Source: Clostridiales bacterium (GTDB lineage: Bacteria; Bacillota; Clostridia; Saccharofermentanales; Saccharofermentanaceae). From it: 64,000 nt of DNA. Below are positions 9,112 to 19,257 of this stretch, one piece after another. A model generated the notes under the pieces. It searched no databases. It saw nothing but the letters and a program-made list of their open reading frames with translations, and was not told the DNA's origin. Each line of letters starts with the position of its first letter. Within the stretch, counting starts at the first letter, position 1. Both the position numbers and the translations under genes were made by a program. The DNA lies in assembly GCA_017615325.1 (NCBI GenBank), contig JAGAAI010000074.1, forward strand, positions 20,675-84,674, given 5' to 3'.

Positions 9112-10123
9112 TTCTGATATCCTCCTTAGCCTTCTCAAGCGCTATGATGACCTTATCGCACCACTCATCAAATTCAGGATCCTCAATTTGGAACTCAGGA
9201 TGCGAGAGAACGAACTCTATCGTCTCCCGCACCCCTTGTTCAAACCTTACAGCCGGGGTAAATCCCGGCACCACCCTCTTTACCTTCCTGTTGTCGAAAA
9301 CGACTGAACAGGCTTTATCACCTGTAAGACTCCCCTCGAAGTCATAGTCACCGGCAGCAGTCAGGAATTCGCTTGATACATGAACAGCATGAAGCGGCTT
9401 ATTTAAGATCCGCGCAATGGTCTCGTAGATCTGGTTCCATGTAAGTGTCTCATCATTTGTGATCTGGAATGCTTCTCCTATGGCATGAGGATTCCCGATA
9501 AGCCCGGCATAAGCTTTAGCAAAATCGGAATTATGAGTCATGGTCCAAAGTGATTCACCGTCACCATGGATAATGACGGGCTTTTCTTCCATTATTCTCT
9601 TAACGACCTGCCATGAGCCCTTCCTGCCGTGTACGCCAAGAGGAACTGACCTGTTGTCATAGGTATGGCTGGGTCTTACGATCGTTACCGGGAAACCGTT
9701 TTCGCGGTATTGTTCCATAAGGTATTCTTCACATGCGATCTTGTCCCTGGAATACTTCCAATATGGATTAGCAAGAGCTGTTCCTTCATTAATAACATAG
9801 GAAGCACAGGGCTTATGGTATGCAGACGCAGAACTTATATATATGTATTGTCTTGTCTTCCCTGCGAAAAGCCTTACGTCACGCTGAACCTGTTCGGGAA
9901 CGAAGCCTATGAATTCCCCAACGCAATCGAACGACATATCTTTGATAATGGAAGATACTTCTTCTTCATTACCGATATCGGCATTGATAACCTGAACGCC
10001 TGAGGGAAGCTCATCTGATCTGCTGCCTCTGTTAAGGAGGATAACTTCCTCTCCCATCTTCGCAAGAAGCTTTGTGATTGCCATACTTATCGTGCCGGTT
10101 CCGCCGATCAACAGAATCTTCAT
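9104..10123 (-). CDS. NAD-dependent epimerase/dehydratase family protein (extended SDR)
   Basis: 339 aa with an N-terminal GGTGTIS Rossmann motif and YSRDK (YxxxK). Confidence 0.75.
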   Translation of the reverse strand: MKILLIGGTGTISMAITKLLAKMGEEVILLNRGSRSDELPSGVQVINADIGNEEEVSSIIKDMSFDCVGEFIGFVPEQVQRDVRLFAGKTRQYIYISSASAYHKPCASYVINEGTALANPYWKYSRDKIACEEYLMEQYRENGFPVTIVRPSHTYDNRSVPLGVHGRKGSWQVVKRIMEEKPVIIHGDGESLWTMTHNSDFAKAYAGLIGNPHAIGEAFQITNDETLTWNQIYETIARILNKPLHAVHVSSEFLTAAGDYDFEGSLTGDKACSVVFDNRKVKRVVPGFTPAVRFEQGVRETIEFVLSHPEFQIEDPEFDEWCDKVIIALEKAKEDIRNG

Positions 10124-10184
10124 AGAAGTCCCCCTTATGTTTAAGATGTCCTCATCTTATATTTGGAAAAATGAACATACCAAC

Positions 10185-10206
10185 GATAAATTGTTAACAA
10201 CTTATC
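10185..10206. promoter_or_regulatory. 22-bp near-perfect palindrome (candidate operator) in a divergent promoter region
   Basis: GATAAATTGTTAACAACTTATC is self-complementary except for one base pair. It lies between the oxidoreductase operon start (10123) and the araC-family start (10260). Confidence 0.45.
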
Positions 10207-10259
10207 AATTTTTGCGGTCCTCCATTGATTGTAAATGCCATTAGAATTAACATAAAAAC

Positions 10260-11144
10260 ATGAAGACATTTGCTGACAGCCATTACCTGTTTGAGAAAGG
10301 TTCACCTGACGGGGTAAACACCTTTACAAGCCCCGACAAGTTTGTTGCGCACTGGCACAGAGCAGGTGAGATACTGTATTTAATGCCTTCTGAAGACTCC
10401 TCGAAGATCAAAGCCAGGGTTATAGTGGGAGATACTTTATATGAGATCACACCGGGAGATATCATATTTATCCCGGGCCAGCAGATCCACGAAGTCCCCG
10501 ACGGATGCAAGGGGAGATTATACGGACTCCAGTACAATACCAATATCCTCTCTTCCCAGTCCGAATTCCTTCCCTATATCCGCAGATTCGCCCGTATAGC
10601 GGTTTTGAGGAAATCAGATACTCCTGAACTCACGACTTATCTTATAGCAAAATTTGAGGAAATCCGCGCTATGAACAACGCTGATGAAAGATTCAAGAGG
10701 ATCAGGTCCGCCATGATCCTCTGTGATTGTTTCATGTCGATAGCGGATTATATCGATAAAAAGTATTCTGTGGACGACAGTTCCGTAAGTCCTTCAGCCA
10801 TACTTGCCATCAACAGGGTATGCGAATACGTCAAGGATAATCTTACAAAAGACCCTTCACTTGAAAACGCAGCCAAGCATGTCGGTCTATGTACTTCCTA
10901 CCTTTCCAGGACATTCAAACAGGTCCTCGGGATAAGCTATACGGATTATGTCAACCGCAACAAGGTCAGTCTTGCGATCTCCCTCATGGCATCAGACGAA
11001 TATTCGATCACCGAGATCTGCTATCTTGCCGGCTTTAACAGCATCTCCTCCTTCAACAGGGTATTTCTTAATGTGACTGGGCTTACACCAAGAAAGTTCC
11101 GCCGTTATAACAGCGGACAAAGCTTGAACAACGAACTTCAGTAG
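10260..11144 (+). CDS. AraC-family transcriptional regulator
   Basis: N-terminal cupin-like half (GDIIFIPGQQIHEV). C-terminal double HTH (AAKHVGLCTSYLSRTFKQ ... ICYLAGFNSISSFNRVFLNVTGLTPRKFR). Confidence 0.85.
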   Translation: MKTFADSHYLFEKGSPDGVNTFTSPDKFVAHWHRAGEILYLMPSEDSSKIKARVIVGDTLYEITPGDIIFIPGQQIHEVPDGCKGRLYGLQYNTNILSSQSEFLPYIRRFARIAVLRKSDTPELTTYLIAKFEEIRAMNNADERFKRIRSAMILCDCFMSIADYIDKKYSVDDSSVSPSAILAINRVCEYVKDNLTKDPSLENAAKHVGLCTSYLSRTFKQVLGISYTDYVNRNKVSLAISLMASDEYSITEICYLAGFNSISSFNRVFLNVTGLTPRKFRRYNSGQSLNNELQ

Positions 11145-11182
11145 TGATAAGATATCTTCGTTTTGTGAAACGGAGGTGTCAT

Positions 11183-11923
11183 GTGTCAGATTACGATCCC
11201 AAAAGTCAGCTCATTACACGCTGGTCTCTTCTCAACTTAAGAGAACTTGGCGGAATGCCGCTTAATGACGGCAGGACTTTTGCATCCGGCAGATTCTGGA
11301 GATCCTCTTCCCCGTCGAGATTAAGTCCTGATGAAGTATCCGCTATCCGTGATGCCGGAGTTACCACCGTTATAGACTTCAGATCCGTTCAGGAATTGGA
11401 AAGATGCGGAAATCCTTTCTTAGATGACGGAATAACCGACTTCCATTCAATTCCACTATTCGCCGGCGACCCTTCCAACTTCAAGGACAAAGCCATGGCA
11501 TTCCTTAAAGATAATACATTAGGGGATTTCTATGTCATCATGATCAACAAACTTGCAAAAGAGATCGCCCAAGTCATGAGGATATTGAAAGATGCTCCCG
11601 GGATCACTCTTTTCCACTGCACGCACGGGAAGGACCGGACCGGAGTCATTACCGCTATTCTCTATCTTCTGGCAGGAGCCTGTCAGGAAGACATCATAAG
11701 CAACTACAAGATCTCCTATGAACTCATCAAGCCTGTTGTCGATCCCATCATCGAAAGAGCGCCGGATGTCATGAAGCATGCGCTCCGGTCTGACGAATCA
11801 AATATGGAAACTTTCCTTGACTATATTGATAAGACTTATAACGGAGATATCACGCCCTACTTAAGCTCTGCAGGCCTTACGGATGAAGAGATATCTGACC
11901 TTCGCAGCAAGTGCATAGGATAA
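11183..11923 (+). CDS. tyrosine-protein phosphatase family protein
   Basis: C-x5-R P-loop HCTHGKDRTG. The ORF is open from 11144. Start is set at GTG 11183, 6 nt after GGAGG (11172-11176), and is uncertain. Confidence 0.7.
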   Translation: MSDYDPKSQLITRWSLLNLRELGGMPLNDGRTFASGRFWRSSSPSRLSPDEVSAIRDAGVTTVIDFRSVQELERCGNPFLDDGITDFHSIPLFAGDPSNFKDKAMAFLKDNTLGDFYVIMINKLAKEIAQVMRILKDAPGITLFHCTHGKDRTGVITAILYLLAGACQEDIISNYKISYELIKPVVDPIIERAPDVMKHALRSDESNMETFLDYIDKTYNGDITPYLSSAGLTDEEISDLRSKCIG

Positions 11924-11927
11924 AAGA

Positions 11928-13175
11928 TCATCTCATCAGGATATTTACGATGTTCCCCAGGTCATCCAGTTCAAAAGATATCGTCCTTTTGCCTGACCCG
12001 TCCTCATACTCGAATACATAATCGTATTCATCCACGAAAGGATATATCAGCATCAGTTCGGATATATTCATTCCGACATATACGCTGTTATCGACTGTAA
12101 AATCACCCTTGCCGAAGATCCTTATGGATACGAGGGTGCCGTTCCAGTTGCCGGTCTCATCAAAGGTGGCGTCAAAAGCCAGATCCATTCCGTTATAACA
12201 GACTACAACTCTCTCCATACCGGACTTGGGATCCTGATGGCTTACAACAAAGAGAGGTTCACCCAATGTATCCTTTACCTTGGACATGGTAAGAGAATCC
12301 CCGACAGCAAAGGCTCTTGTTGATCCGCCAAAAAGGAAGATCTGCTTGTTATCCGGATTTAAAGGCATCTTATCGTCTATGAAGAAGTCACCGTTTCTGT
12401 TGATGATGCTTACATCCTTCGTGAACACATCACCATTGCCGTTCTTTACCTTGGGAAGGTTGAAGCGCACGAGACAGGGACTCGCCATGGAGACCTTTAT
12501 GTCATCGTATCCGCTCGACACGAACTTGGAGTAGTAGTCGATAACATAATCCGCCTTGGAACGCATAACCGAATCGATATAAATGTCTTCAGTATAGGAC
12601 GGATCAAGGATCGATACGAGAGCCGCGGAATTCGAATCATATACCATGTTCATATAGTGGAAGAGATAGTTATAGGAAGCTATCGTATCAGACATCGCCT
12701 TGCCGTCAAGGCTGATGTTATCAGCTTTAAGAAGAGGGAAATAAACTTTCTGATCACTGTCATCGTTACAGATGATCTCTATAAGATCCTCATTGGGATA
12801 AGTTTCCGCAACATCTATACCGCATGCGTTGGAAACTTTTTCGAAGATAGAAGCCTTGATATCGTCCGGCAAAACCCTGAAAGCGGTAACGGCCCCTCTT
12901 CCCTTGATCATAGTACGCAAGATATTCGTGTATTCAGCGAAAGTCGAATATGTTACTGAATCCAGCTGGGAAGACGGGATCGAAGAAAAACCTGAAGCAA
13001 CATTATCCTTATCCTGAACCGACAATGTTATGATCCTGGCAAGTTCCTCTTCAGATAAAGACGCATTCAGAGGCTGCCCGTTATTAAATATCTTTGCAAC
13101 AGAGCACGAGGAGAACACAAACGACATGACTGCCGCCGTGATAATGACCGCTACTGACTTACGCATGCGGATCAA
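11928..13175 (-). CDS. hypothetical lipoprotein
   Basis: 415-aa ORF with a signal peptide and lipobox-like VFSSC. No recognisable catalytic motif. Confidence 0.7.
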   Translation of the reverse strand: MIRMRKSVAVIITAAVMSFVFSSCSVAKIFNNGQPLNASLSEEELARIITLSVQDKDNVASGFSSIPSSQLDSVTYSTFAEYTNILRTMIKGRGAVTAFRVLPDDIKASIFEKVSNACGIDVAETYPNEDLIEIICNDDSDQKVYFPLLKADNISLDGKAMSDTIASYNYLFHYMNMVYDSNSAALVSILDPSYTEDIYIDSVMRSKADYVIDYYSKFVSSGYDDIKVSMASPCLVRFNLPKVKNGNGDVFTKDVSIINRNGDFFIDDKMPLNPDNKQIFLFGGSTRAFAVGDSLTMSKVKDTLGEPLFVVSHQDPKSGMERVVVCYNGMDLAFDATFDETGNWNGTLVSIRIFGKGDFTVDNSVYVGMNISELMLIYPFVDEYDYVFEYEDGSGKRTISFELDDLGNIVNILMR

Positions 13176-13957
13176 GACCTCTTCCCCTCCCTTCTCATTC
13201 TGGAAGCTTCGAAAATTACTATACCTGCAGCAACTGCAGCATTAAGGCTGTTAACATGACCTGTCATGGGGATGGAGATCATGAAGTCACAGCTTTTCGC
13301 GACACCGTCTCTTATCCCTGAGCCTTCGCTTCCTATAACGACAGCAAAGGAACCTGAATAATCAGCCTTGTCGTAGGTGGTGTCACCGTCCATGTCACAG
13401 CCTGCGATCCAGAACCCGTCATCCTTAAGATCCCTTATGGTAGAGGCGATGTTGGTGACTCTGCATACGGGAACGTATTCGACTGCGCCGGCAGATGCCT
13501 TGGCAACATTGGAATCAACGGCAACTGATCTTCTCTCCGGGATCACGACGGCATCAACTCCTGCCGCATCGGATATCCTCAGGATAGAACCCAGATTATA
13601 GGAATCCTTGAGTTCATCACATATAACGATAAAAGGAGCCCTTCCTTCGCTTCTTACTTTGGCGATAACCTCATCAAGATCCGAATACTCGTGAGCCGCA
13701 GCAAGAGCTATAACTCCCTGATGACGCTTTGCATCGCTCATCTTATCAAGGGTATTCCTGGGGACCCTGGTTACGGGTACTCCCTTTTCATCGGCAAGCT
13801 TCATGATCTTTATGAGCGCCGGATCAGGCTTCTTGCCGCCTTCGGGAGACAATACCCATAGTTTATTAATAGGGCGTCCTGCTGCCAGCGCTTCAAAGAC
13901 AGCGTTTCTTCCTTCGATATGGTCCAGATTCTTATCCTGATCAGGTCTTGAGCTCAT
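13172..13957 (-). CDS. rlmB: 23S rRNA 2'-O-methyltransferase, SpoU/TrmH family (RlmB-like)
   Basis: Motifs VIGSEGSGI and IPMTGHVNSLNAAVAAGI are present. It follows cysS-mrnC as in Bacillus. Its ends overlap both neighbours by 4 nt. Confidence 0.8.
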   Translation of the reverse strand: MSSRPDQDKNLDHIEGRNAVFEALAAGRPINKLWVLSPEGGKKPDPALIKIMKLADEKGVPVTRVPRNTLDKMSDAKRHQGVIALAAAHEYSDLDEVIAKVRSEGRAPFIVICDELKDSYNLGSILRISDAAGVDAVVIPERRSVAVDSNVAKASAGAVEYVPVCRVTNIASTIRDLKDDGFWIAGCDMDGDTTYDKADYSGSFAVVIGSEGSGIRDGVAKSCDFMISIPMTGHVNSLNAAVAAGIVIFEASRMRREGKRS

Positions 13958-14364
13958 AATTCCACCTTATCGTCAATGATATCAAATGACTTATAGAGGA
14001 GATATTCCATCCTCTCAGTCTGGTTGTCAAGGAAGAGATAGCCCATCAGAGCCTCGAATCCGGTTGCGTTCATATAATCTGCGATATCCGAATTCTTGGA
14101 CACGGAATGAGGATTTGAATTCCTTCCTCTCCTGTAATAGGAGTCCTCTTCTTCTGTAAGTTCGTCCTTCAGAGCGAGCATCGCCTTCGCCTGAGCCTTT
14201 GCATTCACATATTCGATCGTCTGCTTATGCATCTTCTGGCTCGTCCCTGCATGGAAAGCCGCAACATGGCAACGGGCATAAAGTTCGAAGACCGAATCCC
14301 CGATATAAGCCAATACAGCAGGCTGGACTTCCTTGAGGTTCTCGGCGATGAAGGGTTTTATCAT
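13954..14364 (-). CDS. mrnC: Mini-ribonuclease 3
   Basis: 136 aa with the RNase III signature LAYIGDSVFEL and no dsRBD. Conserved position between cysS and rlmB. Confidence 0.8.
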   Translation of the reverse strand: MIKPFIAENLKEVQPAVLAYIGDSVFELYARCHVAAFHAGTSQKMHKQTIEYVNAKAQAKAMLALKDELTEEEDSYYRRGRNSNPHSVSKNSDIADYMNATGFEALMGYLFLDNQTERMEYLLYKSFDIIDDKVEL

Positions 14365-15776
14365 AAAGCTTCCACCTTCGGTCCTTCGGGAGTGTCCTTA
14401 ACAACATAACCTTTGGACTGGATAAGATCCCTGATCCTGTCAGCCTCGGCATAATTCTTGTCTTTCTTTGCCTGAGCACGCTCTTCAACAAGATTCATGA
14501 TCTCATCAGGTATCCCCTTCTCTTCAGGGAACTTAACGCCAAGAACGTCAAGCAACTCAGCCAGAACATCTCTTGCAGACTTAATAGCCTCAACGGATGC
14601 ATCGTCAGCTGCGATGGCAGTATTGATCGCCGTTACGAGATTGAAGATATCCGTAATGGCATCAGCCGTGTTAAGATCGTCATCCATATGTTTTATGAAC
14701 TCTTCACGAGCTGCATTTGCAGCATCGGCTACAGCCTTGTCAGAATCAGAACCTGAAGAAGCAGCGGGATGTACGCCGCCTTCAGTTATTGAAGAAGCAG
14801 CCTTATAGCATGTCTCGATCCTCTTAAGTCCCGTCTGCGAAGCGCGAAGGAGCTCATCTGAGAAATCGATCGGCTTACGGTAGTGACCGGAAAGGATAAA
14901 GAATCTTATGACCTCGTAAGGGAAATGCTCCACGATATCCCTGATCGTAAAGAAATTGCCCAGGGATTTACTCATCTTCTCTCCGTCGATATTTACAAAT
15001 GCATTATGCACCCAGAAATTGGCGAAAGGCTTGCCGCTGGCGCATTCACTCTGAGCGATCTCGTTCTCATGGTGGGGGAAGATCAGATCACATCCGCCGC
15101 AGTGGATGTCGATAGTATCGCCTAAGAATTTTCTGTTCATGGCAGAGCACTCGATGTGCCAGCCCGGACGGCCTTCACCCCAGGGAGAATCCCAATAAGG
15201 CTCGCCTTCCTTCTTGAACTTCCATACGGCAAAGTCACCATGATTCCTCTTGCCCTCAAAAGACGTTACGCGTTCGCCTGCGCCGGCCTGGAGATCTTCC
15301 AGCTTGTAATGGGAAAGCTTGCCGTAGTCAGGGTCACGTGAGACATCAAAATACACACCGTCATCCGGGATAACGTATACAAAGCCCTTCTCCTCCAGAG
15401 ACTTGATGAGATCTATGATCGCATCGATCGTCTCCGTAGCTCTCGGCTGATAGGTATGTCTCTTTATGTTTAAGCCGTCAGCATCAACGTAGTATTCGGC
15501 AATAAACCTGTCTGCCAGCTGGCTGACTGTGATACCTTCCTTGTTTGCGCGGTTGATCATCTTGTCATCGATATCGGTGAAGTTCTGACAGAACTCTACA
15601 TCGTATCCCCTGTACTCAAGATATCTTGCTAGAGTATCAAAAGTTACGAACGGCCTTGCATTCCCCAGATGGAAATAGTCATAGACCGTAGGACCGCAGG
15701 CATACATCTTAACGTGTCCCGCATCTATCGGGACAAAATCCTGCTTTGTTCTGGTCAACGTGTTATAGAGCTTCAT
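14361..15776 (-). CDS. cysS: cysteine--tRNA ligase
   Basis: 471 aa with HLGNARP (HIGH) and KMSKS motifs. The start [14 protein letters not shown] is typical of CysS. Confidence 0.95.
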   Translation of the reverse strand: MKLYNTLTRTKQDFVPIDAGHVKMYACGPTVYDYFHLGNARPFVTFDTLARYLEYRGYDVEFCQNFTDIDDKMINRANKEGITVSQLADRFIAEYYVDADGLNIKRHTYQPRATETIDAIIDLIKSLEEKGFVYVIPDDGVYFDVSRDPDYGKLSHYKLEDLQAGAGERVTSFEGKRNHGDFAVWKFKKEGEPYWDSPWGEGRPGWHIECSAMNRKFLGDTIDIHCGGCDLIFPHHENEIAQSECASGKPFANFWVHNAFVNIDGEKMSKSLGNFFTIRDIVEHFPYEVIRFFILSGHYRKPIDFSDELLRASQTGLKRIETCYKAASSITEGGVHPAASSGSDSDKAVADAANAAREEFIKHMDDDLNTADAITDIFNLVTAINTAIAADDASVEAIKSARDVLAELLDVLGVKFPEEKGIPDEIMNLVEERAQAKKDKNYAEADRIRDLIQSKGYVVKDTPEGPKVEAL

Positions 15777-16080
15777 GAGCCTTCCTCCTTAATACCGGCC
15801 AAAGCCGGGTCGATAACAACAAATAACCCCGTATGCCCTGCATAAGAGGACAACGGGATCTATCCCTGTCATAAAAGACATTCTGACTTGGAGATCTAAA
15901 AAGATCTCGTAAGTCAGAAACACTCGAAATGGCCACTCCTCTTGACACCCCGTCTCATCCAGGGCGGTTCCCGCTCGCCCGTCGTCAATCTTCCACTCGA
16001 TGGAGGCCTGATTTGTTACGCGCTGATTAGGATCCATATTACGTCATGTAGGTTCAACTTGGAGGTAACCACCTCGAGAT
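15777..16080 (-). promoter_or_regulatory. ~300-nt structured cysS leader with a terminator-like hairpin (class unresolved)
   Basis: An interrupted 15-bp hairpin TTCTGACTT-AC-GAGATC / GATCTC-C-AAGTCAGAA (15881-15919) is followed by UGUCUUUUA. Further hairpins lie downstream, including CCGGC-TTTG-GCCGG next to the SD sequence. Confidence 0.5.
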
Positions 16081-16086
16081 ACTTCA

Positions 16087-16114
16087 ATTATAAATTAAAA
16101 GGCGCGATATTCAA
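16087..16114 (-). promoter_or_regulatory. sigma-A type promoter of the cysS leader
   Basis: Minus strand reads TTGAAT (16109-16114), a 16-nt spacer, then TATAAT (16087-16092), directly after the comFC stop. Confidence 0.6.
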
Positions 16115-16141
16115 ATAATAATATGGAAATACCGCAAAATG

Positions 16142-16903
16142 TCACACAGTCTCGGCATTCTTGACCGTCCTGTTGCTGGCAAATGCAATACAGAGCACTT
16201 TGCCGGCCCCATTGTCAAGAAGAGCGCCCGCTGCCTCGTGGAGAGTCGCACCGGTCGTCGCAACATCATCAACCAATACGACAGTTGATCCTGCAATATC
16301 CCATTCGTCAGACATCCTGAAGGCACCCTTCACATTAAGGAACCTGGATTCGTTGTCTTTACACTCTGTCTGCCTGCCGGTATTCAAGGTCCTTTCGAGA
16401 AGACCTTCTGCCAGAGGCGAGCCTGTTGCATAAGCCACGGGGATGGCGAATTCAAGAGCCTGGTTGAATCCTCTTTCTTCTAGCCTTTCCTTAGACAGAG
16501 GGATCGGCGCTACCAGATCACAGCAGATCCCGTTTTCCTTTATCTTCTTTCCCAGGATCACGCCGAAAAGCCTTGCTATCTCCTTCTTCCTGCGGAATTT
16601 TATCGCGGGCATGGCCCTTTCGCAAAGATCGTCATAGGGGAAAGGTGCAAAGAGGGCAAGTTCCGGATAAGGGTCTCCGTCGTAGGGATTTGACAGGCAC
16701 AATGACCAGCCCCTGACCCCCTCCAAAGGAAGCAGTTGCGAAAGGCATCTTTTGCAGATATTAAGCCCGGGTTGCTCATGATACAGGCGTTCATATAAGT
16801 CCTTATATCCGGGTATATCGTCTGCGGTTACATTTGCAACATCTCCGCATATATCGCACTTATGGGGCAAAAGCCAATCCAGGGACTCCGATATCAAAGG
16901 CAT
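16142..16903 (-). CDS. comFC: ComF-family protein (ComFC-like phosphoribosyltransferase-fold)
   Basis: N-terminal Cys pairs (CDICGD ... CKRC). C-terminal PRTase loop VVLVDDVATTGATL. Confidence 0.8.
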   Translation of the reverse strand: MPLISESLDWLLPHKCDICGDVANVTADDIPGYKDLYERLYHEQPGLNICKRCLSQLLPLEGVRGWSLCLSNPYDGDPYPELALFAPFPYDDLCERAMPAIKFRRKKEIARLFGVILGKKIKENGICCDLVAPIPLSKERLEERGFNQALEFAIPVAYATGSPLAEGLLERTLNTGRQTECKDNESRFLNVKGAFRMSDEWDIAGSTVVLVDDVATTGATLHEAAGALLDNGAGKVLCIAFASNRTVKNAETV

Positions 16904-16904
16904 A

Positions 16905-19247
16905 TCACACTCCTGAGTTTATCTTGAGAAAATCCCCCAAAGATGAGGGTCTTTTAGTCTCCCTCGTATTGCTTAAGTATTGTCTTATGCTTTTCTTCAC
17001 GTCTATTATCACGACACGGCTGCGGCCTCTCGTAACTGCCGTATAGAGCAGCCTTCTCTGCTTTAAGAGATAGTTGACGCTGCCCAGTACTATATAGACC
17101 GTATCGAACTCACAGCCCTGGGATTTATGGACCGTTACCGCATAGGCCAAAGACAGGTCAGCCAGGTTCTCCCCTTCATAATCGACAAGCTTGCCGTCGT
17201 CAAAAAGGACCCGGAGCCTCTTTTTTCTTTTAAAGACTGATACTTCCGTAACGATGCCTATCTCACCGTTATAGACACCGACTCCTTCTTCCTCCCCTGC
17301 CTTACCGGGACATGTCCACTTTATCTTGTAATCGTTGCGCATCTGCATGACGCGGTCTCCGACATAATACGAACTGTCTCCCCTCACAACAGATTCCCTG
17401 CCGGCCGCCTTCTTTCCTTCTTCCCCGGAAAGTCTCAGTTCTTGAAGTTTGCTGTTAAGGTTAACCGTGGAAAGGAGCGCCCGCTCATCCTTAGTCGGTG
17501 TCAGCACGGCATAGTCGTCATTAGTAAGATCCATCGTATTGCAGAGCCCCAATAGGACGTCCAAAGCCTCTTCATCGCTGTCTACGTTTATTACACGGAA
17601 GCTGTCATTATCACAATGGGGTTCTGTTGATTCAAGTATCCTGTTGGCATTTGCGGCAATGGAACCTTCAGATTCCGCCCTGTGCTGATAAGCAAGGTGT
17701 ATATGGGGAACCATATCACAGCTTATGAGATCTGCCAGGACATTACCCGGGCCCACCGATGGCAGCTGGTTCGGATCACCAACAAGAATAACGGATGTTC
17801 CCTCTGCCACGGCATCAAGGAATCTTGCGAACAGAGCGCTGTCCACCATGCTCATCTCGTCGATAACTATTACTCTGGCATCTATCGGATCTGAACTGTC
17901 CTTACCGAAACTGAATGATTCATTGAAAACATCCGGCGTGATCTCAAGGAGCCTGTGTATCGTCGTGGCTTCGATCCCTGTCGAATCGGCGAGCCTCTTG
18001 GCCGCCCTGCCGGTAGGCGCGGCAAACGCAGCCTTGATCCCTCTTTCTTCAAAGAATCTTCCAAGGACGCCCATTATGGTCGTCTTTCCCGTTCCGGGAC
18101 CTCCCGTTATGACACACAAAGGAAGATACATTGCCATATAGACAGCTTCCCTTTGAGAATCATCCAATACCAGGCCCATGTCCTCTGCTATCTTATCCAT
18201 CGTGTCATAAGCTTCGAGCTTTGACGGGATCGGTGCGGGGGAATTTACAAGATCAGTTACTATATCAGAAGCAGACGATTCATAGTAATAAAACTGGGAA
18301 GAACTTATCCTTGCCCCCTCATCTGTCAGATCACACTCCTCGACGATCCCCTTGAGGGTCCGGTAGATATAAAGCCTCCCGTTCTCACAGGCCCGTCTTG
18401 CAGCATTGAATATAAGGCCGTCATCCGTATCGAAAAAAGATTCCGGCGAACTGCTCCTCAGCATATTCTTCATGCCGTTCGTGTATTCAACGGCAGTTGC
18501 ATAAGTTGCGCAACTCCTGTAGCAAATATCATTTACCAGTGAGACTGCCATGGCTTCGATCCTGTAATCCATATCAGGGGGAAGATCAAACTGTTTTGCA
18601 AGATTATCGCACTCGGCAAATGAAGCTATGCCGCCGAAGAACATCGAATAGGGATTGTCCTTAAGAAGATCATCGTCAACAAGCCCGATCTTCTGGCACC
18701 TTCTGATCGAAGGTTTGGACAGCCCTGCCTTGACGAGTTCATATATCCTTCTGCTCCTGTCAGGATCTTCTGCAACAAGTTCATGAAGAAGCTTAAGATC
18801 ATCTTCCGCAGCTTTCTTGAACTTGTACTTTGCCGTAAATTCTTTCTTGCCATAGAGGAGGATATCGTCGATCAGCCTGTCCTTTAAGAGCTTTGCTATC
18901 TCCTTATCAGCAGCTTTTGCATCTTTATCCTTCATGTATTCAATGAAGCGTAAAGGAACGGCGATCTTCTCTTCCTCCTCATCGGCAGCTTTCAAAGACG
19001 ATATTTCAAGGGATGCTTTCCCCTTATATTCCTTGATGACACCGGATACTTTGTAGCGCATTCCCTCAGTAACGGGAATGCCGAGTTTGGATACACAGGA
19101 GAAATTGCCGGCAGCAAAAGATATGAACCTGCCGTCAGATGACACAAAGAAAACTTTACGGACGATAACTTCGGCATCATCAACATTTGATCCGATATCG
19201 GATAGATCAAGAGATCTGATAATGCCGGTCTTATCGTCCGTTACCAT
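16905..19247 (-). CDS. recD2: RecD2-type SF1B ATP-dependent DNA helicase
   Basis: 780 aa with Walker A GGPGTGKTT, Walker B VIVIDEMSMVD and the C-terminal AVTVHKSQGCEF motif. Confidence 0.85.
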   Translation of the reverse strand: MVTDDKTGIIRSLDLSDIGSNVDDAEVIVRKVFFVSSDGRFISFAAGNFSCVSKLGIPVTEGMRYKVSGVIKEYKGKASLEISSLKAADEEEEKIAVPLRFIEYMKDKDAKAADKEIAKLLKDRLIDDILLYGKKEFTAKYKFKKAAEDDLKLLHELVAEDPDRSRRIYELVKAGLSKPSIRRCQKIGLVDDDLLKDNPYSMFFGGIASFAECDNLAKQFDLPPDMDYRIEAMAVSLVNDICYRSCATYATAVEYTNGMKNMLRSSSPESFFDTDDGLIFNAARRACENGRLYIYRTLKGIVEECDLTDEGARISSSQFYYYESSASDIVTDLVNSPAPIPSKLEAYDTMDKIAEDMGLVLDDSQREAVYMAMYLPLCVITGGPGTGKTTIMGVLGRFFEERGIKAAFAAPTGRAAKRLADSTGIEATTIHRLLEITPDVFNESFSFGKDSSDPIDARVIVIDEMSMVDSALFARFLDAVAEGTSVILVGDPNQLPSVGPGNVLADLISCDMVPHIHLAYQHRAESEGSIAANANRILESTEPHCDNDSFRVINVDSDEEALDVLLGLCNTMDLTNDDYAVLTPTKDERALLSTVNLNSKLQELRLSGEEGKKAAGRESVVRGDSSYYVGDRVMQMRNDYKIKWTCPGKAGEEEGVGVYNGEIGIVTEVSVFKRKKRLRVLFDDGKLVDYEGENLADLSLAYAVTVHKSQGCEFDTVYIVLGSVNYLLKQRRLLYTAVTRGRSRVVIIDVKKSIRQYLSNTRETKRPSSLGDFLKINSGV

Positions 19248-19257
19248 ATGGGTAAGA

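Noticed and set aside
15777-16080. Calling the cysS leader a T-box riboswitch
   Set aside because: No UGC or UGU triplet lies in a plausible specifier position. The Stem I AG-bulge and distal-loop motifs are absent. The T-box core is a poor match with the wrong discriminator partner. It is kept as an unclassified leader instead.
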